NCBI GenBank assembly: GCA_016748015.1
Contig: JAAOMT010000529.1
Span: 66,848 to 130,847 of the forward strand
Reading direction: 5' to 3'
DNA length: 64,000 nt
Source: Geosiphon pyriformis uo1
Lineage: Eukaryota > Fungi > Glomeromycota
In this document: positions 14,741-27,329 of the stretch, in pieces
How the letters are laid out: every line of letters starts with the position of its first letter
Numbering within the stretch: the stretch's first letter is position 1
The notes under the pieces: model-generated
The model's input: only the letters and a program-made list of their open reading frames with translations
Databases searched by the model: none
Told to the model about the DNA's origin: nothing
Made by a program: the position numbers and the translations under genes

Positions 14741-17700
14741 TTTATCAATATCTTATGTCAAAACTGCTGCTTCTTTCAGATTACATAATATTGTTCCTTT
14801 TATTGGCTAATTTTAATTCTAAAATTGGCTTATTTGAGTTTTAAGTTTTAGAATTTGTCATATTTGGTGAGTTTGTTGTTGTTAAAACTGGTTTTTTAGT
14901 AGAATCAGTTATTTTTTTTGTGTTAATCCAAGCAAATTTTGCAATAAATTTTAAAGTCAAGTTTACTTTATTGAAGTTGTAGATCAAAAACATGTTTGAA
15001 ATAGTTATTTAATTGCTTAAAAATTCTAATCAGTTTAAAAATAGAAAAAAACTTATCTTTTATGTCTGGTTTTGAAAATTTGTTTGTAGTTGTAATAAGT
15101 TATAATAAACTTTATAAAATATGGTGTACAACTAGTAAAAAAGTAATGTTTTATAAAGAAAAAACTGAAAAGTAAATAAAAAATTATATTCATAATCAAA
15201 AAATATTTGCAAACTACTTTGGTAAAATAAAAGCATTAGGTACATTTGGTTTAAAAGATAGATAAGTATTTATTAACCTAAATCTAAATAGTTAATTATA
15301 GATAAAAAATCTATAAACCAAGCTTATAGTTTAATTTTTAGAAATAAAGACAATATAAACAATTAATAAGACAACACATAATATAAAAAATATTTTACAA
15401 TTAATAAATATTAAAAATACATTTATATAAAAATTTGTAATTATAATGATAATTTATTATTATTATTATTATTATTATTGTTATTATTATTATTAACTTT
15501 AAATTTTAATTAATAATAATATATTTATTAAAAATAGTTTTTTATAAAAAAAATAGTGATAATCTAATTTTAAAAAATTTAATTGCTAAATGTGAATTAT
15601 TTGAAACCAAAAAATAAATTAAAATTTATTTTTTAATATAATTCAAATTTAAACTGTTTAAAAAAATAATATGTAAAAATTTTTTTTGTTAATTTTTGAA
15701 AAATTTTATTTTATTCTTAAATAATTATTGTTTTTTTTATCTTTTTTATTGTTTTTTGACATATGTACTTTGTTATTTGTTTAAAAAAAAGTTTTGCAAA
15801 AAAATAATAATTTAAAAATTGTTTTTAAGAACCAAGCTAACAAAACCAAGATATTATAAATGTTAATAACAGAAAATTCAATTATATCAAAAACTTGTTA
15901 AATTTTAAAAGTATTGATAAGAATAAATATAGATTAGATATTAAATATTTAATAGTTTTAATTTAGTAGTAAAACTTATTAAAATTCTATTTAAATAAAA
16001 GTAATTTTAATTATTATATAAAAAATAGCAATTTTAAAGCAAATTAAGATAAAAAAATTTAACCTACTTTCTAATGTACGAAAATTAGTTTTTATGGAAA
16101 CTACATTGCAAGCATGTAAATATATGTATATATATATTATAAAATTAAATAAATGTTTTTATTTAAATATTAAATACTTTGTTATAGAAAAAGAGAACAC
16201 AAAAAATTGTTAATTTAAAAAAAAAATTATTAAGTAAAATAATTGTAACCAAAATAATAAAGATAATAATATTGTAGTTAATAAAATATTGCAATTAAAA
16301 ATTATCAAATTTATTGTAAAAATAATTTTTAATAAAATTCTAATAAAATTATTTTTTAAAACTGTATTTACATTTAAATCTGTCAAAAAACATTATTGCT
16401 TATAAAATTTTTTAAAGTAAATTAAGTTAATTAGATAAAATAATATGTATTATTAACTAAAATTCTAATATATATTATTAAAAAAATTGTTATAATTTAT
16501 TTTAAAATAATTTGTAATATAAACTTTGTAATAACAAACTAAGTTCAACTAAATTGAATTGTTATATTGTATTTTATATTAAAACACATTAAATAGATTC
16601 TAAACAAAAATATAAAAAGATATTTATATAAATTTTTTTTATTAATTAATTCATATTTTTTAAAAGTTTTACTTAAATACAAATAATTCGTAATAAAATC
16701 TTTTTGGTTTTAAATATTAAAAACAATAGAAAAAGTTTTTACAATAATAGTAATTAAGATTAATAATTCAAAATTTTGATTTTTTTCTGTAAAATTGAGT
16801 AAAAATACAATAAAATTAAGATAGACCAAACTGAAATAAAATTTTGTCAATTTTATAAAAAAGTGAACAAACTAATTAAAAAATTAAACAATTATAATTT
16901 ATAATTTTTTTAAACATATTTTAAATATAAATTTCTAATAATTACTTTGTAAAATTTTATTAAAATATACAAAAATTAATACAATTTTACATTTATTTTA
17001 TATTGGTTAAACTGTTTATTTAAAATTTTGTTTTTAAATAAATAATATAAAAAAATAATTTTTAATAAAACTTCTTTCTCTCATTCATTTCAAATTCCCA
17101 AAAAAAAGCCAAAATATTTTTTGAAAGAAGTTTTTTCTGTTTTTCATCATTTAGTATGCTAATTCTAAACTGTTTGTGCTTAATTACAAGGCCACTATTG
17201 GCCCTAGTATTGCAGTTCTAAACAGGTCTGTTATAGAGCTTAGCTTTGATATTGGTGTCAAGTTTGTTGAGTCCAAAAAAAAAAGAAGAGGTGGTGCTTT
17301 GGAAAATAATATTGGTAATAAAAAATTTGCTGCTGCTAAGGTGTTAAGTGATTATTTTTGGGGTTCGAAAGCTGGTAATACTATTGAATCTAATAGTGTG
17401 AATATGGAGGAGGAATGTCTGATTGAAGAAACCAGCTTTGATCATGGAGATAGTAGAGCTTTTGCTAGAAAGAACTCAGAGCAAACACCCAAAAGTTCGA
17501 AGATTCTTATTAAAAGGACACTTGGAAAACCACTGAAGAAAATTAACTTCTTGGGTGATAATATTGATGATATACTTTTGGACAAACCTGTGGTTTTTCC
17601 TCCTTCTTTGAAGAACTTGGTCAATATTTCTGTCAGGAAGTCTTTTGCTTTGGACATTAGCTTAGATAATATTGTTGGGAAATCTGTTCAAGAAAAGCTT

Positions 17701-18894
17701 GTGGTTGTCAGAAAATTGTTTTCAAGAATCAATGGTTTTGGGGGAGCCTCTACCCCCTCAAAATTTGCTGGAATTGTCAGAGCAATGTTTACTTCCAAAT
17801 CGAGTTTGGCACAGACATCTAAAAAGACTGAAGAGATGAAGATCTTGGTAAACTTTGATCTCAGAAAACCATCTGGACATTTAGATCAGGCTGTAGTATT
17901 GAAGAAAATTCTAATTGGTACTTCAACTGAGGCTGTACGTGCTGCACTATCTGAGTTTGGCATTATTAAATTGATCAAGATGCAATTGGTAGGGCTGTGA
18001 CAAAAATCTGTAGTTGAATTTGAGCAGATTGAGCATATTAATTTGGTCGCAGCATGCTGGTCTATTCTGATCAGGAAGGATGCTGTGTGTGTTGCTAGAT
18101 TTGATGTGAACAAAGAATCATGAAATGCACGAGATGTTTACAAGACCCTTTTGTACACTCTTCCAGTAGGAACCAATGTACATGATATTTGGGATTATAT
18201 TGCTTTAGTGGGTGGAAAAACTTGTGTGATTAACCATCACCCAGTTTCTTATGCCCAAGTCAAGTGTGCTACTGTCTGTTTTGATTCTGCTAAGTCATTG
18301 GATACTGTCCTAGAAACCATGTTTGTACTAAAGAGGACTAATCTGTGTTGGTCTCATCTTGTTTCAGCCAAGTGTGCTGCATGTGGGAAATTGGGCCATA
18401 CATTATTGTTTTGCCCTGTTAGTGGAAAAAAGAATGTTCTTTCTGGTGCTTCTTTATGTAAAACACTTTTGGACTTGGATAAAAGTAGACTGGCTGCCAT
18501 TTATGCCAAGCATTTGGCTCCAGTTGCTCATTCTGTTTCTTTTGGTGGTGTTTCGTGGGCACAAATTGCTGGTGGGTTTTCTTTCCCTCCTCCTCCTGTT
18601 TGGAATGTTTTGTTAAAAGCTAGCTTCTCTTTGGAGATAAAGCCTACTCCACTAGTGTCTTTGGAGTTGGATAATAGGTTTGCCACTCTTGAACGCAGTC
18701 TCACTAGCTTTGTAGAACATGTTGACATGCTGGCTAAGAGGTTGGAAACACCTGAGCCAACAGTTTTCTAGCTTAGCCCTGGATGTCAGCCGTTGGTAAC
18801 CTCTTTATCACAGAATCAAGAGGTGGATATAGTGATGAGCAAGGATTCAGGTGTGGCCACTGGTGGTGAAACTGTTGTAAAGGTGGTAAGCAAC

Positions 18895-19110
18895 CTTTCA
18901 TATTACAAATAAATAATTATTCACCATTTCAATCTACTTTCTACTATTAACACTTCATATTGATAGTAATTAATACTTAACTACACTAGAACAATAGCTC
19001 TTGATCATGGCTATTGACAGGATACTAACTTGCAAAACCACCTTGGCTTATTCATTATTTTCTTTTATTTCTTTTCTTTATTTTTTATTTTTTTATTTTA
19101 TTGTTGTGCA
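18895..19110 (+). mobile_element. Fragment of a diverged LTR related to the 872-bp gypsy LTR, in the opposite orientation
   Basis: Reverse complement resembles 21200-21380 (GCAAGTTAG..AATAGCC..AGCTATTGTT..GTTAAGTA..AAGTGTT). Confidence 0.7.
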
Positions 19111-19117
19111 TTAATTG

Positions 19118-19136
19118 AGATGTGTATAAGAGACAG
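19118..19136 (+). other. Nextera/Tn5 19-bp mosaic end (sequencing adapter contamination)
   Basis: Exact match to AGATGTGTATAAGAGACAG. It produces the tell-tale AVSYTHL peptide at the end of ORF 19111..19359(-). Confidence 0.97.
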
Positions 19137-20265
19137 CTGTAGTATTGAAGAAAATTCTAATTGGTACTTCAACTGAGGCTGTACGTGCTGCACTATCTGA
19201 GTTTGGCATTATTAAATTGATCAAGATGCAATTGGTAGGGCTGTGACAAAAATCTGTAGTTGAATTTGAGCAGATTGAGCATATTAATTTGGTCGCAGCA
19301 TGCTGGTCTATTCTGATCAGGAAGGATGCTGTGTGTGTTGCTAGATTTGATGTGAACAAAGAATCATGAAATGCACGAGATGTTTACAAGACCCTTTTGT
19401 ACACTCTTCCAGTAGGAACCAATGTACATGATATTTGGGATTATATTGCTTTAGTGGGTGGAAAAACTTGTGTGATTAACCATCACCCAGTTTCTTATGC
19501 CCAAGTCAAGTGTGCTACTGTCTGTTTTGATTCTGCTAAGTCATTGGATACTGTCCTAGAAACCATGTTTGTACTAAAGAGGACTAATCTGTGTTGGTCT
19601 CATCTTGTTTCAGCCAAGTGTGCTGCATGTGGGAAATTGGGCCATACATTATTGTTTTGCCCTGTTAGTGGAAAAAAGAATGTTCTTTCTGGTGCTTCTT
19701 TATGTAAAACACTTTTGGACTTGGATAAAAGTAGACTGGCTGCCATTTATGCCAAGCATTTGGCTCCAGTTGCTCATTCTGTTTCTTTTGGTGGTGTTTC
19801 GTGGGCACAAATTGCTGGTGGGTTTTCTTTCCCTCCTCCTCCTGTTTGGAATGTTTTGTTAAAAGCTAGCTTCTCTTTGGAGATAAAGCCTACTCCACTA
19901 GTGTCTTTGGAGTTGGATAATAGGTTTGCCACTCTTGAACGCAGTCTCACTAGCTTTGTAGAACATGTTGACATGCTGGCTAAGAGGTTGGAAACACCTG
20001 AGCCAACAGTTTTCTAGCTTAGCCCTGGATGTCAGCCGTTGGTAACCTCTTTATCACAGAATCAAGAGGTGGATATAGTGATGAGCAAGGATTCAGGTGT
20101 GGCCACTGGTGGTGAATCTGTTGCAGAAGTGGTAGTTTTCAATCCTGCAGTTATCTTAAAAATGGAGGAAACTTTGAACAGTCTTTCACTCATGGTTATG
20201 AACCTTTCAGCTAAATTGGACAATACTGATTCAGTTTGTACCCTTTTTCTTTCTCAATAAGTGAT

Positions 20266-20828
20266 ATGATCTGGAAAGTTGCAACTTGTAATATTAAAGG
20301 AATGAACAATCCTGCAAAACAAGATGATATTATTCATTGGCATAAAGAAAAAGACAATTTAGTTTCTATCTTTACAGAATCAAAGTTAAAAGGAAAAGTT
20401 TGCCCCTGGATTGTCAACAAATTTAATAGTGTGCGGGTGTTTACTTCTGGTTTGGAATCTGGCAATCTAGGTGCTGGTGTTGTGGTTGTCATGAACTTTT
20501 CTTTGGCAAAACATGTGTGCAAGATTTCAGAAGTGCCTGGTTGGCTTCTGTCTATTAAGTTGCTTTTCAGAAACAAACTTTCAGTGTCAATTTTGGGGCT
20601 TTATACTAGTGCCTCTTTGGTAGCTTGGTTTTCTCAGACTAGCAATATCAATTCTCTTATTGCAAAGGCTGTCAACGAATCTTTTTTTGTCATTTTTAGA
20701 GGGGATTTTAATGAGGATAGTTCTCGTAAGTGTGCAAGCTTCAAGAAATGCTTGAATTTTGGTTTGGTCAATGCCTTGGATGAGAGCTCTAGTAAGAAGT
20801 TGCCAATTTGGTCTAATTTTTAGGGCAT
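20266..20828 (+). pseudogene. LINE ORF2 5' part: APE-type endonuclease
   Basis: MIWKVATCNIKGMN, FTESKL and GDFNED motifs. ATG lies 5 nt after the ORF1 stop. Confidence 0.88.
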
Positions 20829-21700
20829 TGTTATAGATGACTATTTCTAGTGTTGGATTAAATAACAAACCCATAACTTGGTGCTCAAATCTAGTTGTAG
20901 TTGATAGTAATCTGAAGGTTTGTGTCTGAAAGATTTGTATCTGAAGGGTTTGGTTGAGTTTTTTGTATAGTGAACAGAGATTCAATGGTAATAGTTTTAT
21001 CCATAGCTTCCTGAAACTGCAGTTTTGTCAATTTTTTTCTCAGCTTGATGGCTGGTATTCCTCCTGGTAAGCTATCCTCAATTGAATATTCTACCCTTAT
21101 TTCTGGGTCTTTTACCAGTCATGTTTATCTTGACATCAGTACTCTGTATGTTAATCCTTAATAGAGTTAGTAAACAACAATAAAATCAAAGCAAAAAATA
21201 AAGAAAAGAAAATAAAATAAAAAAAGAAAAGAAATAAGCCAAGACAATTTGCAAGTTAGGATTCTGTTAATAGCCGTAATTAAAAGCTATTGTTCCAGTG
21301 TGGTTAAGTATCAATTATTATCAACATAAAGTGTTGATAGTGACAGCAGGTTTGAGATAACAAACAGTTATTTATTTGTGGTTTTTGAAAATTGTCTAGA
21401 TGAAATCTAAACTAAGAGGTCTGTCTTTTTAGCTTCTAATCTTACTGCTATATATACATAATTGAGATTCCTCAATTCCTCAATTCTTCACAACAGAAAT
21501 TCTGGGATTCCTGGAATCCTGCAATTTCTTTGAGAGAAATCCTGGAATTCTGGAATCTTGCAATTCCTTGTGAGAATTCTGTAATTTCTGGAATCTTGCA
21601 ATTTCTGAGAGGAATCCTGGAATTCCATATTTTACTATGTCTACTTCTGATTGGTTAATAATTATGCTAATATATATTCCCTATATTTCTATGAGTAACA
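20829..21700 (-). repeat. 3' LTR of the gypsy element; contains GGAATTC(C/T)-rich tandem repeats at ~21470-21630
   Basis: TGTTATAG...GAGTAACA termini; direct repeat of 31005-31876. Confidence 0.93.
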
Positions 21701-21715
21701 TTATTCCCTCTTTTT
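21701..21715 (-). promoter_or_regulatory. Polypurine tract
   Basis: Minus strand AAAAAGAGGGAATAA directly abutting the 3' LTR. Confidence 0.85.
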
Positions 21716-21719
21716 AATA

Positions 21720-22397
21720 TTAAGCTCCATCGAAATCTAACTTTGTTAATTCCCCTTCTTAAAGTATTTCCTGAATTTCATTTTCAAGAATTACTTGTGT
21801 TATTTGAGTCTGTAATTTTTTAAATTGAGCATTGGTAATCTTTCCTAATTGATTACTGGTAACCATATCCATTGCTTTGTTGAGTAAGATTTCTGGTCAA
21901 TCCTGAAATGCTGTGTATATTTGGTATATGGCTCAGACCTGTGTAGATAAGTTGTTCTTTCTCACAAAATGTTCTAATTGTTGTAGTATTCTTGTGTCAA
22001 ATAATTGCTTTGTTCTATCCATATATAGATTCTGAATATTCACATGTTGTCTTAAGTAAAAATAACAATAATTTCTTGAAAATTGTTGTATCCACCAATT
22101 CCAAGTTTTTTTAGTCAATTCTTGATATAGTGACTCTTTTGTTAACTCTTTTATTGCTAATTTTACTTTTGCAATGATTTTGTTAATGGTATTTTCTGTT
22201 TTCTTCTGTGTTCTATGTGGTGATGTCTTTTTAGTGTCTTGATATCGGATGGTTTGTTGATTAATTGTAATTTTTATTTCTTGGTGTTGAATCAATTGAA
22301 AGAGTTGTTGTGCTAGTGAGTAGATGTTGTCTGTAATTTCCATTTTTGTGATATTTCTTATCACATCTACCATGTCTTTATATATTTTTTTGATAGA
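21720..22397 (-). pseudogene. Extra ORF (or integrase C-terminal extension) of unknown function
   Basis: About 220 codons in the same frame as the integrase C-terminus, broken by a few stops, ending just before the PPT. Confidence 0.6.
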
Positions 22398-23780
22398 TTA
22401 ATTTAACATGTTGTTGTCAATAATGATGATTGGTTCCAGATCTTGTGGAATCTTTTCTGGTTGGACTAGTATCTTCTGTACTCCTAATTGTGGAATATTA
22501 CTGGTGGATGGTGGTGTGATGTTGTGGTATGGTTTCAGTTGATCTCTATGTACTGCTTTGGTTAAGATTTTGTTATCCAGTCTTAATTTGTAAGCTCCAT
22601 TCCCTAGAATTTTTTTTATGTGAAATGGTCCATCCCATTTGGGGTCAAATTTTCCACTCCATTGTTTTTCTGTTTTAGTACAATTATAAGAGTACTTTGT
22701 CTTCAATCTTGAATTCAACTGGTTTGTCTGGTAGTTGATTATCATGTCTTTCTTTCTGTTTCTCTTGTGACTTTTGTATATTATCAGCTGCTCTTTTTCA
22801 TTTGTTTTTCAATGTTTCCATTAAGTCATATGTTCTTCTTAACAATGTTTTTTGGAAATTCTCTTCTGTTATTGGTTCAGTTAGATATGTGTTAACCTCT
22901 ATCTCAACTGGTAATGTTCCTGTTCTACTATATATCAATTCAAATGATGTTACTTGTGTGGTGTCTTGTTTCATTGTCCAATAAGCAAATAATACTGATA
23001 GTATGAACAAATTCCATTCATCCTGGTTTTCTTGGCTGAGTTTTGCTATTGCTTCACACGATGTTCTATTAAATTTTTCAACAATCCATTGGTTTGTGGA
23101 TGGTATGGCGATGATAGTGGTCTCTTAATTCCGAATCTTTGGCTTAGTTTTGCTAATGTTCTATTTACAAAATGGGTTCCTTGGTCTGATAATAGTTTTT
23201 TTGGACATCCATGTCAACAAATCAGATCTTGATGGATGAATTCGGCAATGAATTCTGCATTCGCTCTTTGAATTGCTTTGGCTTCTGGCCATTTAGTAAG
23301 ATAGTCCATGGCTACTGCAATATATCTGTTGCCTCTGCTGGTAATTGTCAATGGTCCAACTAAATTAATTCCAATGTGGTCAAATGGTTGTCTCACTTTG
23401 ATTGGTCTCAATGGTTTGCTGGGTCTTGTTCCTTCTCTTTTTTGACAAGCATCACAATTTTGCACATATTGGATGATGTCTGGATACATTGATGGCCAAT
23501 AGTATCTCTTTCTGGTTCTTTCTATGGTTGCTTCTTTATGAAAATGTCCTGTAGTTGGATCTGAGTACATGTTGAACAGTATTGTCTCCTTTTCTGGTTC
23601 TGTAATTACTCTAATTGGTTGATCTGAATCTTTTCTATTTTTTCAATAAAGTATATTTTGGTAAGTGATAAAATATTTGGATTGTTGTTTGATCCTCTTT
23701 TGTTCTGGTTGAGATAATTTCTCCTTGAACTGTTGAGTATCTATATAATGTTGAAGTTGTTGATATTTTTGTGTATTCAT
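22398..23780 (-). pseudogene. Gypsy integrase (zinc-binding, catalytic core, GPF/Y module)
   Basis: GHF..TIERTRKRYYWP..CDACQ, GINLVGPL, DYLTKWPEA, SDQGTHF, PQTNG and KWDGPFHI motifs. Confidence 0.92.
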
Positions 23781-23849
23781 CTTTTGTTATATTTTCGTGA
23801 GTATTGTTTTGGTTTTGTTATATTTTTGGGTTGAAATGTTCTTAGATTT

Positions 23850-25200
23850 GTCTCATTTGTGACAAACTGTCAGCATTTCTATTGTCTTTTCCCTTTTTAT
23901 AATGTATGGTATAAGTATATATTGAAAGTGCCATTTTCTATCTTAACTGTCTTCTATCTCCAAATTCTTGTTTTTGGAGTGATGTCAATCTTTTGTGATC
24001 TGTGTACACCTTAAACTTTTGGCTCAAGTATTTTTTCCATTTCATAACTGCTCAATAGATTGCTAAATGTTCTAATTTTGGTGTTCCATAGTTTTTTTCA
24101 GCTGGTGTTAAATTTTGGCTGGCATATGTAACTGGATGTTCTCTTCCATCTGGTCCTCTCTGAGATAGTACTGTTTCCAATGCTTGACCTGATGCATTGG
24201 TGGTAATAATGAATGGTTTATTATAATCTGAATAAATCAATACTGGAGCTTGAATAAGCTTTCTTCTTAAGATGTTAAATGCTTCTTGCTGGGTTTCAGT
24301 CCATTCATACTTTGCATTTTTGGTTTGAAGATTATTGAATGATTGTACTATCTTTGAAAAGTTCTTTATGAAGCATCTATAATAGCTCATGAATCCCAAG
24401 AATGATTTCAGCTTGGTTACATTGGTTGGTATTGGAAAGTTCTTTACTATCTCTATTTTCTCTGGATCTGTTTTTATGCTGTCTTTGCTAACTATATATC
24501 CCAAGAATTTTAGTTCTGTTTTGTCAAAAAAACACTTTGTTGCATTCAATTTTAATTCTGCTCATCGTAGTCTTTCGAACACTTGTTGGAGATGACATAG
24601 ATGATCATCAAATGTTTTTGAGAACACATTGGTGTCATCCAAGTATACAACTACTGATTTCCACAATAAGCCAGTATACACAATTTTTATTAACTATTGG
24701 GATATAGCTGGAGCATTGGTTAAGCTGAATGACATAACTTCAAACTCAAAGTTTCCCTCTCTTGTGGTGAATGCTGTTTTTTTTTTGTTGGTTGGATTCA
24801 TGGCTACTTGCCAGTACCCACTATCCAAGTCTAACATTGAGAACCATTTGTTTCCACCGAAAGCATCAAATAGTTCTTGTATCCATAAAGTTGGATAGCT
24901 GTCTCCACGAGTTACACTATTGAGTTTTCTGTAGTCTACACAAAATCAGATTTTTCTATTCTTCTTATGGACAAATACTACTGGTGACAACTATGGGCTC
25001 ATTGATGGCTGAATTAACCCGTTGTCAAGCATTTGGTTGATTTTTTGACAGATGATTTCATGGCTGGCTGGTAGTACCTTATATGCTCGCTGTTTGATTG
25101 GCATTACATCTCCAGTCTTGATCTAATGCTGGATAATATTAGTTCTGTCAAATTCGTTTTCACTGGTGAAGATGTCATTGAAATTATTGAGTAACATCTT
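23850..25200 (-). pseudogene. Gypsy reverse transcriptase and RNase H
   Basis: FCVDYRKLN, LDLDSGYWQV, SFSLTNAPA, VYLDDT, FLGYIVS, ITTNAS (TDAS), EKNYGTPKLE and VYTDH motifs. Confidence 0.93.
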
Positions 25201-25671
25201 TAGTTGCATCTGTTGAAGTGGGTTTAGATTTTCCATGTTCATCTGTTCTAATTGTTCTGGCTGTAACAGATAACATTTGTTTTATCCATAGATAGTTTGT
25301 GATATAATGTTCACATATCCACAAAGCTGTGGAAAATCTGGAATGCTGCTTGGTGCTTGATCTTCAATTTCCATGGTTAAATATCCAAGAGTGGTTCTTT
25401 CTGGTATCTCTACAATATTTCTAGTGTTGTTGTAGATGAGAATTTTAATATGGTTATGGCTCTTGGCTGGTATGTGTAGATTGATAAGTTCAATTTCTCC
25501 TGATTCACAAAAGGTTGCTTCTGCTTCAAAAATCTGTTCTTGCTCCTTCTCTCTCCTTTCTATTGCTAACATGTATCAGCTATATAGTGGAATGGAAATT
25601 GTTTGACTGGTTGAGATAATTTCTTCTTGGCCAATAATTTTTTCCTCCACTATATTAACTAATACATCTAT

Positions 25672-26100
25672 TCTACCTGTTGATCCAAATCCCTGTATCC
25701 CTCTTGCTGTTATCCCTAATTCTTCCTTATTTCCCACTGACACTAACTAAACTATTTTAACCAGAGGCAGGAATATTGCCTGTGCTATCCTTTCATTTGG
25801 CTCTATAACATAGGTCTTTTCTGAGTTATTTTGTAGTATAGCAATGATATTTCCTACATATCCTGCATCAATTATTCTTCTTCTGATGTTTATCTTTTTT
25901 TTCGCTAAACTACTTCTCAAAGCTAGTTGAATCATTGTTGTTGCTGGAATTTTCAAGGCTATTTTGAGATCTATGCAAGTGTGCAAATGTGGTTCTAATT
26001 CAATGACATCTTTTTCTGGATACTTCAGATCAAATTCAGCATCAGTATTATGTGCACATTCTAGCATGATATCTTCATTATTATCACTGAACCATTTTAG
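25672..26100 (-). pseudogene. Trimeric-type dUTPase domain within pol
   Basis: All five motifs in order: DAEFDL, LRSSLAKK, IIDAGYVG, ERIAQAIF and, past one in-frame stop, RGIQGFGSTG. Confidence 0.9.
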
Positions 26101-27329
26101 TTTCAATTCTCTGGTGAGGTCAGGGATTGTGATATATTGTTCATATTTTAAATTGGAGTTTAAATCTGAGTGGAAATTGTTGTTATTGCCATATTGGACA
26201 GAGCTGGAACTGGTGTTTTTGTCATTATTGTTGTCAAAGTTTGAATCGGGATTGAACAGTGATTCCAATTCTGATGTGCAGCTGCTGATTGGTTCTTCCA
26301 CTTCAGAGATTATGTAGATCATGCATGGTGGTGGATTGTAAATGAGATCACACTCATTACAGAATTGGAAGTCACATGGAATCAAACAGTGGTCATATAA
26401 TTGGGTGTTGATTTCTTCCAAGCATTGCTCTTGTTCTTCTCTCATGGGTGCTAGATTCTGATAGTGTTTGTGAAATTCTTCTGGGCTGTTTTCTAAGTCG
26501 ATAAAGATGTCCAGATTGAGAACCAAAACAATGTCTGTTGGTTCTAGAGAGTTATTTTTGATCTTCAGAATTTTGCTGGACGAAGTGCCTTCTACTTTGG
26601 TGTTGGTCATTTGCCAAATCTCATTCTCGTCATGTGGATATTTGTCTAGACAGGATATAGCTTGGTGCCATGCTGCTGTAATGGGTGTACCACAACTCAC
26701 CCAGTCACTGATGAGGATTGTGTATTGGCACGAAGTGTCACATGTTCCTTCTTGACCAGAAATGTCATTCCATATTTCTTGGTCAAGTAATTGTTCGCTA
26801 CAAGTGAAACATGGTTTGTTGTCCCACTTGCTTTGTCATTTTGGATAGTCATATTGTTCTCTATGACATGATTTGCAGTAATAATAGGTTCACATCCAGT
26901 GGTCTTTGTCTGATGCAATTCAGGCTCCCATGGAAGAAAGTTTCTTCTTATAGTCTTTGCATTTTAGTGGGATGTATGGTGGTTGTGGCAGTGGCTCATG
27001 GACAGAGTACAAACTTGTCCAGCCACTGGTGACTTGGTGGGTGTTGGTGGTTGGTTCAGGTGACTTTTCTTCCTTTCCTTTTCCTTTTTCCTCCCAGTTT
27101 ATTGTTGGCATTAGTTTGCTTTTGTTGTTGTCAGTCTAAGCATCAATGGTGGCTTCCCAAGTAGGTTTTTTTCTTTGCTTTTCTTTTCCATTATTGTTGT
27201 CATTGTCCCAGGCAAATATTGGCAGTAGTTTGTTGTAGTTGACATCTGCTCATGAGACTTAGTATGCTTCCCAAATGGGTTTCTCTTTTTCTTCTTCTAG
27301 CTTTATCAATAGTTCCTTTCTTGAAAGAA

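Larger units (their letters stand above)
17891..20116 (+). repeat. Identical 980-bp direct duplication (17891-18870 = 19137-20116)
   Basis: The ORF track gives identical translations for both copies, and no mismatch was seen by eye. The second copy starts immediately after an adapter sequence. Confidence 0.92.
17176..20260 (+). pseudogene. LINE ORF1 (two RRM-like segments and a CCHC knuckle), with stop codons and an artefactual internal duplication
   Basis: Knuckle CAACGKLGHTLLFC. RRM-like segments AVVLKKILIGTSTEAVRAALSEFGII and LYTLPVGTNVHDIWD. In-frame TGA/TAG stops. Confidence 0.8.

Noticed and set aside
19118-19136. Genuine Tn5/IS50 end suggesting bacterial DNA transfer
   Set aside because: It is the synthetic hyperactive mosaic end used in Nextera kits, with no partner end or transposase; contamination is far more likely.
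21470-21630. CRISPR-like array
   Set aside because: Degenerate tandem GGAATTCC-type repeats without unique spacers, inside a eukaryotic LTR.
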